DNA of 64,000 nt, from contig JAZQTC010000022.1 of the NCBI GenBank assembly GCA_045630405.1, positions 53,673 through 117,672 on the forward strand. The letters are read 5' to 3'. Below the pieces are notes generated by a model. That model did no database searches. It was not told the origin of the DNA and saw only the letters and a program-made list of their open reading frames with translations. The translations under genes were made by a program, and so were the position numbers. Shown here piece after piece: positions 48,217-57,078 of the stretch. Source of the DNA: Acutalibacteraceae bacterium. Its GTDB lineage: Bacteria > Bacillota > Clostridia > Oscillospirales > Acutalibacteraceae. Within the stretch, counting starts at the first letter, position 1, and every line of letters starts with the position of its first letter.

Positions 48217-48385
48217 AAAGCTTCCTCCTTCCTTAATAATATATATATTATACAAAGTATTTTTATAAATTCCATCATATGTGCCAAATCATCACATATT
48301 TTTTCGTTTACATCTTTATATGCACAGCAAAAACTGTTAAAATATAGCTGTTTAAAATTTCGCATCTGAAAAGGAGCTGATTTCT

Positions 48386-49171
48386 GTGGGAAACGGCATT
48401 TTTGCAAACACAAAATATTTTATCATCGATATGGACGGAACCTTCTATCTTGACGGTAACATAATCGAAGGTTCAATTGAATTCATCAAAAAAGCCAAGG
48501 AAAGCGGCAGAGATTTTTATTTCTTCACAAACAACTCATCCAACAACGTTGAGGTGTGCAGAGCAAAGCTTGAAAAAATGGGCTTCCCTGTTGACGAAAA
48601 CAGAGTTATCATCTCATCTCACGTTGCCGCTGATTACCTCAACCGCAACTACAGCGGCAAAAAGGTTTTCCTCCTCGGTAATGAAAGACTTACGGGTGAT
48701 TTTGAAAAGGCAGGCATCAACCTTGTTGCGGAAAACCCCGACATTGTTGTGCTGGGCTTCGACACCACTCTCACTTACCAAAAAATGTGGGATGCCGTCA
48801 GATACATTGACGGCGGCGCAGTTTATCTTGCCACTCACCCTGACCTCAACTGCCCCACAGCAGACGGCTATATGCCTGACACGGGCTCAATGATTGAGCT
48901 TTTTGCCGCATCAACGGGCAAAAGACCCACCGTGCTTGGCAAGCCTATGACTGCAACGGTTGATTACATCACCAATATGCTTGGTTGCAAGCGTGAAGAG
49001 CTGGCTTTCATCGGCGACAGACTTGCAACGGATATTGCAATCGGTGCAAATCACGGTATTCCCTGTGCCCTTGTTTACAGCGGTGTTACCACTCCCGAGG
49101 AATATGCAGCCTCGGATATCAAGGCAAGCGTAGCCGTTGAAAACCTCAAGGCACTTGCGGATTATCTTTAA
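48386..49171 (+). CDS. HAD-IIA (NagD-like) phosphatase
   Basis: IDMDGTF, FTNNS, ATHPD, LGKP, IGDRLATDI. Confidence 0.93.
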   Translation: MGNGIFANTKYFIIDMDGTFYLDGNIIEGSIEFIKKAKESGRDFYFFTNNSSNNVEVCRAKLEKMGFPVDENRVIISSHVAADYLNRNYSGKKVFLLGNERLTGDFEKAGINLVAENPDIVVLGFDTTLTYQKMWDAVRYIDGGAVYLATHPDLNCPTADGYMPDTGSMIELFAASTGKRPTVLGKPMTATVDYITNMLGCKREELAFIGDRLATDIAIGANHGIPCALVYSGVTTPEEYAASDIKASVAVENLKALADYL

Positions 49172-49234
49172 ATAAATTGTTGCTTTACAACGTTGACGAA
49201 GTCAATTCACGTCATAAGGCAACTCATCCAAACA

Positions 49235-49290
49235 TGTCAGTTCGAAACCTTCCTGACGGACACCTGCTCGGTGTCAAACAAAACTAAAGG
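49235..49290 (+). ncRNA. preQ1 class I riboswitch (type I-like loop) with inserted hairpin
   Basis: P1 GTCAG/CTGAC around loop TTCGAAACCTTC, then hairpin GACAC/GTGTC, then AAACAAAACTAAAGG; directly upstream of a QueT gene. Confidence 0.8.
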
Positions 49291-49320
49291 CGCTGCACGG
49301 CAGCAAAAGGAGCAAAAAAA

Positions 49321-49827
49321 ATGAAAAACAAAAGAATTCTCAATCTCGTTCACGGAGCGATGATTGCGGCAATCTATGCCGCCGCAACCTATTTCTGCGC
49401 AACTCTCGGAGTTGCCTACAACGCAATTCAATTCCGATTTTCGGAAGCACTCACCATTCTCTCCGTGTTCACCCCTGCCGCGATTCCCGGCTTGACTGTC
49501 GGATGTATTCTGGGCAATATTTCAAGTCCTTTCGGAGTATGGGACATTGTTTTCGGCTCGCTGGCAACTTTCCTTGCAGCGATTTGCGCAAGAAAACTGA
49601 GGCACGTCACCTTCAAAAGTCTGCCTCTGCTTTCTCTGATAATGCCCGTAATTTTCAACGCAGTCATTGTGGGTGCGGAAATAACATTTCTCTTCCCCAC
49701 AGACGCACCCGGCCTGACGGCATTTGCCGTTGCCGCCCTTGAAGTGGGCGCAGGTGAGGCGGCTGTCTGCCTTGCAGGCGGAATTCCCCTTTTCTACGCA
49801 ATAAAGAAAAGCAAGCTGTTCAAATAA
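49321..49827 (+). CDS. queT: QueT-family queuosine precursor transporter (ECF S component)
   Basis: AMIAAIY, QFRFSEAL, GLTVGCILGN..SPFG..D; preQ1 riboswitch upstream. Confidence 0.9.
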   Translation: MKNKRILNLVHGAMIAAIYAAATYFCATLGVAYNAIQFRFSEALTILSVFTPAAIPGLTVGCILGNISSPFGVWDIVFGSLATFLAAICARKLRHVTFKSLPLLSLIMPVIFNAVIVGAEITFLFPTDAPGLTAFAVAALEVGAGEAAVCLAGGIPLFYAIKKSKLFK

Positions 49828-49828
49828 G

Positions 49829-50998
49829 TCACGGAGACGTTTCTTCAATCTCCAACGGAATTTCCCTGCCTATATTTTCAATACAAACAAAATCACCGCT
49901 GAACGTGCAGCCGTCAGGTTGTATGTCGGCGGTTATTTTTTCGCTTTCCGTAATAAGCGGACGGAATTCCTCCGCGCATTGTTCAAAGAATCTGAGCCGT
50001 GCAAGTAGTTGCACCTGATCATCCGTAAGTTTCACGGCAACCTGCTCTTTTTGCGTTTCCGTCCTGCGGACAACGGCAAACGGCAACGTGACTCCGTTGA
50101 TTTTCAGCTCTGTTTTATCCTCGTATCCGTCCTGAATCTGCCTGCCGAGAGGGATTGAAAAGGTAAGGAATTCAAGGGCATAGGTGTGATTGGTCGCAAC
50201 CGTTTTTTCTGCGGCAAACTCTTTTTTCACCTCGCATGTAATTTTTCGGTTTGTCCTCGCAACAACGTATCCCTTTGCCCTGCAAAAGCTGACGGTCAGG
50301 TCTTTGTTTTCTCTGATTCCGCTGATAATCAGGTCTCCTTCAAGCACGGCATTGCCCGTTTTCAGCTCCTGCGTGCCGCTGAAAGGGCGCAGAATAATTA
50401 TCTGGCCGTCACGGGCGGCAACGATTTCAGAAGGTTTATCCTCCTGCTCATCGGGAATTTTCTTCCTTTCCCTGACCTCAATCCGAGCGGTACAACCGTC
50501 AAAATTAATATTGACCCACGACAGCTCTTCAATACGTTGCAAAACCGCAATTTCAGCGGCGGTTACGTCAACGTTTCTCCCTGATATCCCCTTTTTTATA
50601 CCCAATTCCCCAAAAACCTCCAGAATTTCTTCCGAATGGATGGTTTCATTTCCTGCAACTTCAATGCTCCACACCCTTGTTGACAGAATACACACCACGG
50701 CGGCGCACAGACATATGCCTGCAATCAGCCCGACTCTGTGACTGTGTCTGTTAAGAAAGAAGGGCAAACCGTGCTTTTTTTCTATTTTAACCTTCATTCC
50801 CGATTTTTTTGCGGCTTTGCGGATTTTTTTGTAGCCGTTGCAATCGGTGCAGGCACGGATAACGGAATTGACGCTTTTAAGCTCCCAGAGATTTATCCTG
50901 TTCAACCTGCAGAGGTTAATAAATCTTTCGGGGAAGCCGCCTCTTGCGCTGAAGCTGACGTACCCCGAAACAAACCGCAGAAATCTCAATAAAAGCAT
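49829..50998 (-). CDS. yqfD: Stage IV sporulation protein YqfD
   Basis: GYV......PERFINLC, single TM, W.IEV.GN, IVA..DG.I, G..LISG. Confidence 0.9.
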   Translation of the reverse strand: MLLLRFLRFVSGYVSFSARGGFPERFINLCRLNRINLWELKSVNSVIRACTDCNGYKKIRKAAKKSGMKVKIEKKHGLPFFLNRHSHRVGLIAGICLCAAVVCILSTRVWSIEVAGNETIHSEEILEVFGELGIKKGISGRNVDVTAAEIAVLQRIEELSWVNINFDGCTARIEVRERKKIPDEQEDKPSEIVAARDGQIIILRPFSGTQELKTGNAVLEGDLIISGIRENKDLTVSFCRAKGYVVARTNRKITCEVKKEFAAEKTVATNHTYALEFLTFSIPLGRQIQDGYEDKTELKINGVTLPFAVVRRTETQKEQVAVKLTDDQVQLLARLRFFEQCAEEFRPLITESEKITADIQPDGCTFSGDFVCIENIGREIPLEIEETSP

Positions 50999-51007
50999 AA
51001 TTTCCCC

Positions 51008-51307
51008 CTAATTGCAGAATTCAACGCTTGTGATAACACCTTTTATGATTGCCTGCCCGTTCTGCATTGACACAACCGTAAGTTCACCGCCGCATATGCG
51101 GACGGTCAGCCTGCCCGTATTGAGAGCAATGGTGCAATCGCCGTATTCAAGCACGCCCTGACAACCGTCAACAAGCACCTCACTGTTGCCGCTGATTTCG
51201 ATATGTGCATAGCAGCCCAGCGCATCCTGAGGCAAATCAAAGCTTCTGCTGATTGCGTCAACTATTCTGTCGCTGCGCCTTTCGTTTTTGCAATTTTTCT
51301 TTCTCAT
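51008..51307 (-). CDS. yqfC: YabP/YqfC-family sporulation protein
   Basis: DLPQD....I.I.GN.E..VDG..GVLEY...I.G.I..V; upstream of yqfD. Confidence 0.85.
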   Translation of the reverse strand: MRKKNCKNERRSDRIVDAISRSFDLPQDALGCYAHIEISGNSEVLVDGCQGVLEYGDCTIALNTGRLTVRICGGELTVVSMQNGQAIIKGVITSVEFCN

Positions 51308-51326
51308 TCACATTCCTCCTCCCTAT

Positions 51327-51372
51327 AAACTATGAGTACGGTGCATTAAAAAGAACGTTGCAGGCATAGAAT
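51327..51372. promoter_or_regulatory. Divergent sigma-E-like -10 elements for yqfCD and ylbJ
   Basis: CATAGTTT on minus (51327-51334) and CATAGAAT on plus (51365-51372) match CATAnnnT; both gene sets are sigma-E targets in B. subtilis. Confidence 0.45.
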
Positions 51373-51394
51373 GAACTGAACGGAGGCATGCAAT

Positions 51395-52441
51395 TTGAAA
51401 AATAACAAGGGTTTTTTATCTGTTTTTACGGGAGTGCTGCTGTTTGCGGCTCTTTTTGTGTTTTCCGATGAATTTTCAGAGGGCATCGGCACGGGGCTTT
51501 CCGTCTGCGCAAAAGTGCTCGTACCCTCCATTTTCCCTTTTCTTATTGCCGCATCTCTTGCAGGCAACTGCACTCTGTCTGCGCCTGTCCGAAAAGTTTT
51601 TGAGCCCGTAATCCGCTTTTTGTTCGGCTTGCCTGCAGATTGCCTGCCTGCAATAATCCTCGGTCAGATTGGCGGCTATCTTTCGGGCGCAAAGTCGGCG
51701 CAGATTCTGTGCCGTAACGGCACAATAGCTCCAAAGCAAGCTGAACGTCTGCTGCTTTTCTGCGTCAACGCAGGTTTAGGTTTTTCCGTCAACGCAGTAG
51801 GCAACGGGCTGCTGAATTCCCGTGAGGCAGGCAAGATTCTGCTTTTTTCACTTTGTACTTCATCGCTTATACTGGGAATCATAAGCAGAATCCTTATAAA
51901 AGAAGCCTCCGATGATTCGGAAAAACAAAATCCCCTTATCCTCCCTTTCTCCTCCGCCGTGGTCAGCAGCGTTTCTTCAGGTGCGCAGTCAATGCTTACC
52001 GCTTGTGGATTTGTTACCGTTTTTTCGGGTATATGCGCTGTTGCGGAAAAGCTTTTTCAGAGTCAATCTCTGTGCCTTACGGTCACCTGTCTGCTTGAAG
52101 CAACAAAGGGTTGCATCGGTCTTGCAGGCAACGCATCTCTGCCCGTTATTACCGCTGTATGCGGATTTGGAGGGCTTTGCGTCCATATGCAGATTTTTGC
52201 CCTTGCCCGTGAAATCAGAATCAATTTACCCCGTTTTTATTTATTCCGTCTGCTCCACTCCGCTCTGGCATATGCCGTTTGCAGAATCACCCTCCATTTC
52301 CGACCCGTAACCCTGCCCGTTTCCGTCACTTTTTATCAGAACGTGCAGCCTTTCTCATTTTCCGCTCCCGCGTCAATATCTCTGCTGTTTCTGTGCGCAT
52401 TACTCATATTAGACCTTGATAACAGACAAAAAATATGTTAG
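51395..52441 (+). CDS. ylbJ: Sporulation integral membrane protein YlbJ-like
   Basis: LVPSIFPF, IGGYLSGA, CGFVTVF, LEATKG, GFGGLCVHMQ; TTG start after GGAGG. Confidence 0.8.
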   Translation: MKNNKGFLSVFTGVLLFAALFVFSDEFSEGIGTGLSVCAKVLVPSIFPFLIAASLAGNCTLSAPVRKVFEPVIRFLFGLPADCLPAIILGQIGGYLSGAKSAQILCRNGTIAPKQAERLLLFCVNAGLGFSVNAVGNGLLNSREAGKILLFSLCTSSLILGIISRILIKEASDDSEKQNPLILPFSSAVVSSVSSGAQSMLTACGFVTVFSGICAVAEKLFQSQSLCLTVTCLLEATKGCIGLAGNASLPVITAVCGFGGLCVHMQIFALAREIRINLPRFYLFRLLHSALAYAVCRITLHFRPVTLPVSVTFYQNVQPFSFSAPASISLLFLCALLILDLDNRQKIC

Positions 52442-52444
52442 AAT
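52416..52444 (+). promoter_or_regulatory. Sigma-A promoter embedded in the ylbJ 3' end
   Basis: TTGATA-17 bp-TAGAAT; the -10 overlaps the ylbJ TAG stop. Confidence 0.5.
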
Positions 52445-52483
52445 TTAATGGATAATGTAAAACACCGCAGAAAGGGTGTTAAA

Positions 52484-52702
52484 ATGAAAAAGAAATTAAC
52501 CGAAAAGAAAAAATATGCCGCCGTGTGCGAAAACTGCCTTCACGGCAGACTTGCCCCCGATGAGCAGACCGTTCTTTGCATAAAGAAAGGAATTGTTCAG
52601 CCCGACGGCACTTGCAGACGCTATTCCTACGACCCTCTCAAGCGCAGACCCAAAAAGCCTCTGCTTATCGAGCAGGCAGACCCATCAGATTTCACATTGT
52701 GA
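52484..52702 (+). CDS. Small conserved hypothetical protein with four Cys (possible metal binding)
   Basis: CENCLHG...VLCIKKG...CRRYSYDPLKR; AAGGGTG RBS. Confidence 0.65.
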   Translation: MKKKLTEKKKYAAVCENCLHGRLAPDEQTVLCIKKGIVQPDGTCRRYSYDPLKRRPKKPLLIEQADPSDFTL

Positions 52703-52713
52703 GGTAAATAAAA

Positions 52714-53703
52714 ATGAAAACGTTAAAAGAATTTGTGTGCAACCCCTTGCCTACCCCCAACGCCCACGCATCAACTATCCTCCCCTTGCCCGACGGCACG
52801 GTTATCTGCGCCTGGTTCGGCGGCACAAAAGAGGGTAAAACCGACGTTGATATCTGGTATGCACGCCGCGACGAAAACGGCTGGAGCAAACCTTCAAGCA
52901 TATGCTACAACAAGCGCATCCCCCATTGGAATCCCGTGCTTTTCCTGCGTGAAAACGGCGACGTCATTCTTTTCTTCAAAGTCGGTAAAGAGATTTATTC
53001 ATGGCGCACCTTTGCCTGCATTTCCACCGACGGCGGAAAAACCTTCGGCAAGCCCTATGAGCTTGTGGCAGGCGATAAAAGCGGCGGCAGAGGTCCCGTC
53101 AAAAACAAGTGTCTCCGCCTTTCAGACGGAAGAGTGCTCGCCCCTGCATCAAGCGAAAACAGAGGCTGGAATTGCTTCATCGACACCTCTTTTGATGACG
53201 GTCTGACCTGGAAAAAGGGTCAGAAAATAAGAACCGAGCGCACCGCTCCCATTCTTAACAGCCTTAACCATTTCACCTCAAATCTTATTCCTATGATTCA
53301 GCCCACTCTCTGGGAATCCGAAAACGGCAAGGTTCATATGCTCACAAGAACAGCCGTCGGCAAGGCATACAGAAGCGATTCCGAGGACTACGGCGAAACC
53401 TGGTGTCAGGCATATCCCACAGTATTGCCCAACAACAACAGCGGTCTTGACGTTGTGAAGCTGCCAAACGGCGAGCTTTATCTCATTTCAAATCCCGTCA
53501 GCGAAAACTGGGGAGAGCGTTCACCTCTCACAATCCAGAAATCCTGCGACAACGGTGTCAGCTGGGAAACAATCATCACCCTTGAAGAGGAAAAGCTCGA
53601 CAGCGAATTCTCCTACCCTGCAATGGTTTATATGGACGGTTCACTCTATATTTCATACACGTATGAGCGTCTCAACGTTGCATTCTGGAAAATCGATCTT
53701 TAA
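52714..53703 (+). CDS. BNR/Asp-box (sialidase-fold) protein, no signal peptide
   Basis: Asp boxes STDGGKTF, SFDDGLTW, SEDYGETW, SCDNGVSW; RGPVKNK, IQPTLW, SYP. Confidence 0.85.
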   Translation: MKTLKEFVCNPLPTPNAHASTILPLPDGTVICAWFGGTKEGKTDVDIWYARRDENGWSKPSSICYNKRIPHWNPVLFLRENGDVILFFKVGKEIYSWRTFACISTDGGKTFGKPYELVAGDKSGGRGPVKNKCLRLSDGRVLAPASSENRGWNCFIDTSFDDGLTWKKGQKIRTERTAPILNSLNHFTSNLIPMIQPTLWESENGKVHMLTRTAVGKAYRSDSEDYGETWCQAYPTVLPNNNSGLDVVKLPNGELYLISNPVSENWGERSPLTIQKSCDNGVSWETIITLEEEKLDSEFSYPAMVYMDGSLYISYTYERLNVAFWKIDL

Positions 53704-53810
53704 TTAACAATTATTTTACACATTTAGCACAAAATAACTCTTGTAAAAGAAACATTTTGCTGATATAATCGTAGACGTTGCAAAAAATAAAAATATAAAA
53801 GGAGACAAAT

Positions 53811-54470
53811 ATGAAAAAGATTATTGCAATTCTTCTTGCACTTGCTGCTGTTCTTTCACTTGCAGCTTGCGGCAACAATTCAGGCACAACAGAAACAGAA
53901 ACAACAACTTCCGCTCCCGCATATGAGCTCACAGGTTCTCTTGAAGATATCGCAAATCAGATCATCGAAAAGACAACAAAGATTGAAATGATGCTTATGC
54001 CTCCCACAGAAGTTGACTTCTCAGATGTTGAGGCTGCTCAGTACTACATCGGCGTTGACCCCACAGGCAAAGTTGCAAAGGCAGTTTTTGTTGAGCCTAT
54101 GATCGGTTCAATCCCCTTCTCAATGTGCATCATCGAAGGTGCAGAAGGCGCTAAGATTGAAGACCTCAAGAACGAAATCCTTGAAGGCGTAAACTACAGA
54201 AAGTGGGTTTGCGTTGCAGCAGAAAAGGTGCTTGTTTCAAGCTGCGGCAACAAGATTCTCATGATTATGTCAACAGAAGAAATCGTTGACGACGTTTACA
54301 GCGCATTCCTCACAATCACCCAGAATTCAGCTTCAGCTCCTATCACAAAGGCAGGCGAAGTTAACGAAGAGCCTCCCGTTGACGGTGGCGTTGCTGATGA
54401 TATGGGCGGCATTGCTGATATGGAAATCCCCGCAGATATGCCCGCATACGACGGCGAAACACTCGAATAA
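53811..54470 (+). CDS. Lipoprotein (DUF4358-like) of the MBOAT cluster
   Basis: Lipobox LAAC, T-rich linker, EPMIGSIPFS..KWVCV, acidic tail. Confidence 0.75.
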   Translation: MKKIIAILLALAAVLSLAACGNNSGTTETETTTSAPAYELTGSLEDIANQIIEKTTKIEMMLMPPTEVDFSDVEAAQYYIGVDPTGKVAKAVFVEPMIGSIPFSMCIIEGAEGAKIEDLKNEILEGVNYRKWVCVAAEKVLVSSCGNKILMIMSTEEIVDDVYSAFLTITQNSASAPITKAGEVNEEPPVDGGVADDMGGIADMEIPADMPAYDGETLE

Positions 54471-54482
54471 TTACAAAAACAG

Positions 54483-54513
54483 AGCACCGAAGCAAATCAC
54501 TTCGGTGCTTTTT
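54483..54513 (+). terminator. Hairpin with T tract between the lipoprotein and MBOAT genes
   Basis: AGCACCGAAG-caaatca-CTTCGGTGCT-TTTT. Confidence 0.65.
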
Positions 54514-54531
54514 CTCTGAAAGGAGACAGCT

Positions 54532-55929
54532 ATGCTTTTTTCAAGCATAATATTCTTATTTGTTTTTCTGCCTGTGGTAATCGCAGGGTATTACATTCTG
54601 CCCTTCAAGGCAAAGAATCTCTGGTTACTGCTGGCAAGCCTGTTCTTCTATTTTTACGGCGAGCCGAAATATCTTATCCTGATGATATCCGTCATCACTA
54701 TGAGCTACCTTTTCGGTCTTGTCACAGAAAAGGCAAAGGGTACTGCACGGAAAGTTATTCTCGGGCTTTCCGTTGCATCAACCCTTTCTGCGCTGATTTA
54801 TTTCAAATACACAGACTTCTTCCTTTCAAGCATCAACGGCATTTTCGGCACAAACATTGATCTGCTCAACATTGCGTTGCCTATCGGCATCAGCTTTTAC
54901 ACTTTTCAGGCAATCAGCTACAACGTTGACGTTTACAGAGGCGACGTTCCTGCGCAGAAAAATCCGCTTAAGCTTGCCCTTTATATTTCGCTTTTCCCCC
55001 AGCTTGTTGCAGGCCCCATTGTCCGCTATTCGGATATTGAAAAAGCACTCACCGACAGAAAGCACAGCCTTGACGGCTTTTCTTACGGCGTAAAAAGATT
55101 CACAATCGGTCTTGCCAAAAAAGTTCTTCTTGCCAACTCATTCGGCAGCCTTTGCGAAACCTTCAGGGCTACGGACGAAAAATCCACACTATTTTTCTGG
55201 GTTTATGCTGTTGCATATTGTCTGCAGGTTTACTTTGATTTCTCGGGCTACAGCGATATGGCAATCGGTCTTGGCAAAATATTCGGCTTTGAGTTTATGG
55301 AAAACTTCCGTTATCCCTACGTTTCAAAGAGCGTCACCGAATTCTGGCGCAGATGGCACATTTCCCTCGGCAGCTGGTTCAGGGATTACGTTTACATCCC
55401 TATGGGTGGCAACCGTGTTAAAACTCCCCGATTTTTCTTTAACATTCTCACCGTGTGGTTTCTCACGGGATTCTGGCACGGTGCAGACTGGACGTTCATT
55501 ATCTGGGGTCTCTATTTTGCCGCACTTCTGCTGATTGAAAAGAGCATTCCGAAGAAAATCAAGGATTCCGTGCCCTCTGTTATCAATCATATTTATCTGA
55601 TTACCGTTGTTATCATCGGCTTTGTTATCTTCAACGGCAACGGAGTTGAGGGCGTTATCAGCGACCTTAAGGGTATGTTCACTCCTGCTTATCCCATTTG
55701 CACAGACATCACCCTTTATCATCTCAAAAGCTATGCCGTGCTTCTTTGTGCAGGTATTTTTGGTGCAACTCCTGCAGGCAAACTGGCAATCAACAAGATT
55801 TCCGAGACAAAAATCGGCTCAAAAATCACAGCGGTTGCAGAGCCTGTTTTTATCATCGCCGTGCTTGTTGCGGTAACGGCTTATCTTGTTGACGGCTCAT
55901 ACAATCCCTTCCTCTATTTCAGATTTTAA
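54532..55929 (+). CDS. MBOAT O-acyltransferase (AlgI/PatA/DltB-like)
   Basis: LPIGISFYTFQ, FPQLVAGPI, DFSGYSDMAIG, EFWRRWHISL, GFWHGA. Confidence 0.95.
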   Translation: MLFSSIIFLFVFLPVVIAGYYILPFKAKNLWLLLASLFFYFYGEPKYLILMISVITMSYLFGLVTEKAKGTARKVILGLSVASTLSALIYFKYTDFFLSSINGIFGTNIDLLNIALPIGISFYTFQAISYNVDVYRGDVPAQKNPLKLALYISLFPQLVAGPIVRYSDIEKALTDRKHSLDGFSYGVKRFTIGLAKKVLLANSFGSLCETFRATDEKSTLFFWVYAVAYCLQVYFDFSGYSDMAIGLGKIFGFEFMENFRYPYVSKSVTEFWRRWHISLGSWFRDYVYIPMGGNRVKTPRFFFNILTVWFLTGFWHGADWTFIIWGLYFAALLLIEKSIPKKIKDSVPSVINHIYLITVVIIGFVIFNGNGVEGVISDLKGMFTPAYPICTDITLYHLKSYAVLLCAGIFGATPAGKLAINKISETKIGSKITAVAEPVFIIAVLVAVTAYLVDGSYNPFLYFRF

Positions 55930-55941
55930 GGGGGTGCTGAA

Positions 55942-57045
55942 ATGAAAATCAAAAAAATAATCAGCGTGATTTGCTTTGTTGCGTTCATTTTCACTCTCGG
56001 CATCGCTTGTTTCGTAAAAGAGCCTGTACAGGTGCTTATTTCCGAGCGCAGAAAGGCGGCTCAATTCCCCGAATTTTCCGTTGAAGCATTGCTTGATAAA
56101 TCATTTTTCAGCGGTCTTGAGGACTATCTTGCCGACCAATTTCCCTTGCGTGATGCTTTTCGCAGTATCAAGGCAAGCATTCAGCTGAAACTCCTGAACC
56201 AGAGCGACAACAACGGTATTTACACCGCAGAGGGTCACATTTCCGAGCTTGACTACACCCTCAACGAAACCTCTGTTGAAAACGTTGCAAAAAAGCTGAA
56301 CGAAATTTATGATAAATATATTTCAGGCAAGGGTGCAAAGTGCTATTACTCCGTTGTGCCCGACAAGAATTACTATCTTGCCGAGAAAAACGGCTATCCT
56401 GCCATTGACTATGACAAAATGATTGAGATTTACACCGCAGGCGTCAAAAATATGGAATACATCGATATTTTCGATTGCCTGACCGTTGACGATTATTACA
56501 AAACCGACTCCCATTGGAAGCAGGAAAATATTGCTCCCGTTGTCCGGAAGCTTGCCTCTGTAATAGGATTTGACGCAAAGCCTGCGGATTATTACACAGC
56601 GGAAAAGGTTGCGGATTTTGAGGGCGTATATGCTCCCCGACTTGCGTTGAAAAGCGGATTTTCGGATGAAATAACAATCCTCAACTCCCCTGCAACCGAC
56701 GCCGCAAAGGTGTTCAACCTTGAAACAGGCAAAACCACCGTCGGTGTTTACGACAAATCAAAGCTTGAGGGCAACGACAGATACGACGTATATCTTCAGG
56801 GTGCAGCGGCAATGCTGACGGTTGAAAATCCCTTGGCAGCAGAGAAAAAAGAACTTGTGATTTTCCGTGACTCCTTCGGCTCATCCCTTGCACCACTTCT
56901 GCTTGAGGGCTACAGCAAAATCACAATCGTTGACCTGCGCTACGTTTCATCGGCAATCCTCGGTCAATACGTTGACTTCACGGATTGTGACGTACTTTTC
57001 ATCTATAACACCCAGATTCTCAATCAGAGTTCATTGCTGAAATGA
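55942..57045 (+). CDS. DHHW-family (AlgJ/AlgX-like SGNH) periplasmic-type acetyltransferase partner
   Basis: ERRKAAQFP, DQFPLRD, YYKTDSHW, FRDSFG. Confidence 0.85.
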   Translation: MKIKKIISVICFVAFIFTLGIACFVKEPVQVLISERRKAAQFPEFSVEALLDKSFFSGLEDYLADQFPLRDAFRSIKASIQLKLLNQSDNNGIYTAEGHISELDYTLNETSVENVAKKLNEIYDKYISGKGAKCYYSVVPDKNYYLAEKNGYPAIDYDKMIEIYTAGVKNMEYIDIFDCLTVDDYYKTDSHWKQENIAPVVRKLASVIGFDAKPADYYTAEKVADFEGVYAPRLALKSGFSDEITILNSPATDAAKVFNLETGKTTVGVYDKSKLEGNDRYDVYLQGAAAMLTVENPLAAEKKELVIFRDSFGSSLAPLLLEGYSKITIVDLRYVSSAILGQYVDFTDCDVLFIYNTQILNQSSLLK

Positions 57046-57046
57046 C

Positions 57047-57078
57047 AAAACCCCGTACCGCGGTACGGGGTTATTTTT
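57047..57078. terminator. Bidirectional terminator (perfect palindrome)
   Basis: AACCCCGTACCGCGGTACGGGGTT between convergent genes. Confidence 0.75.
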
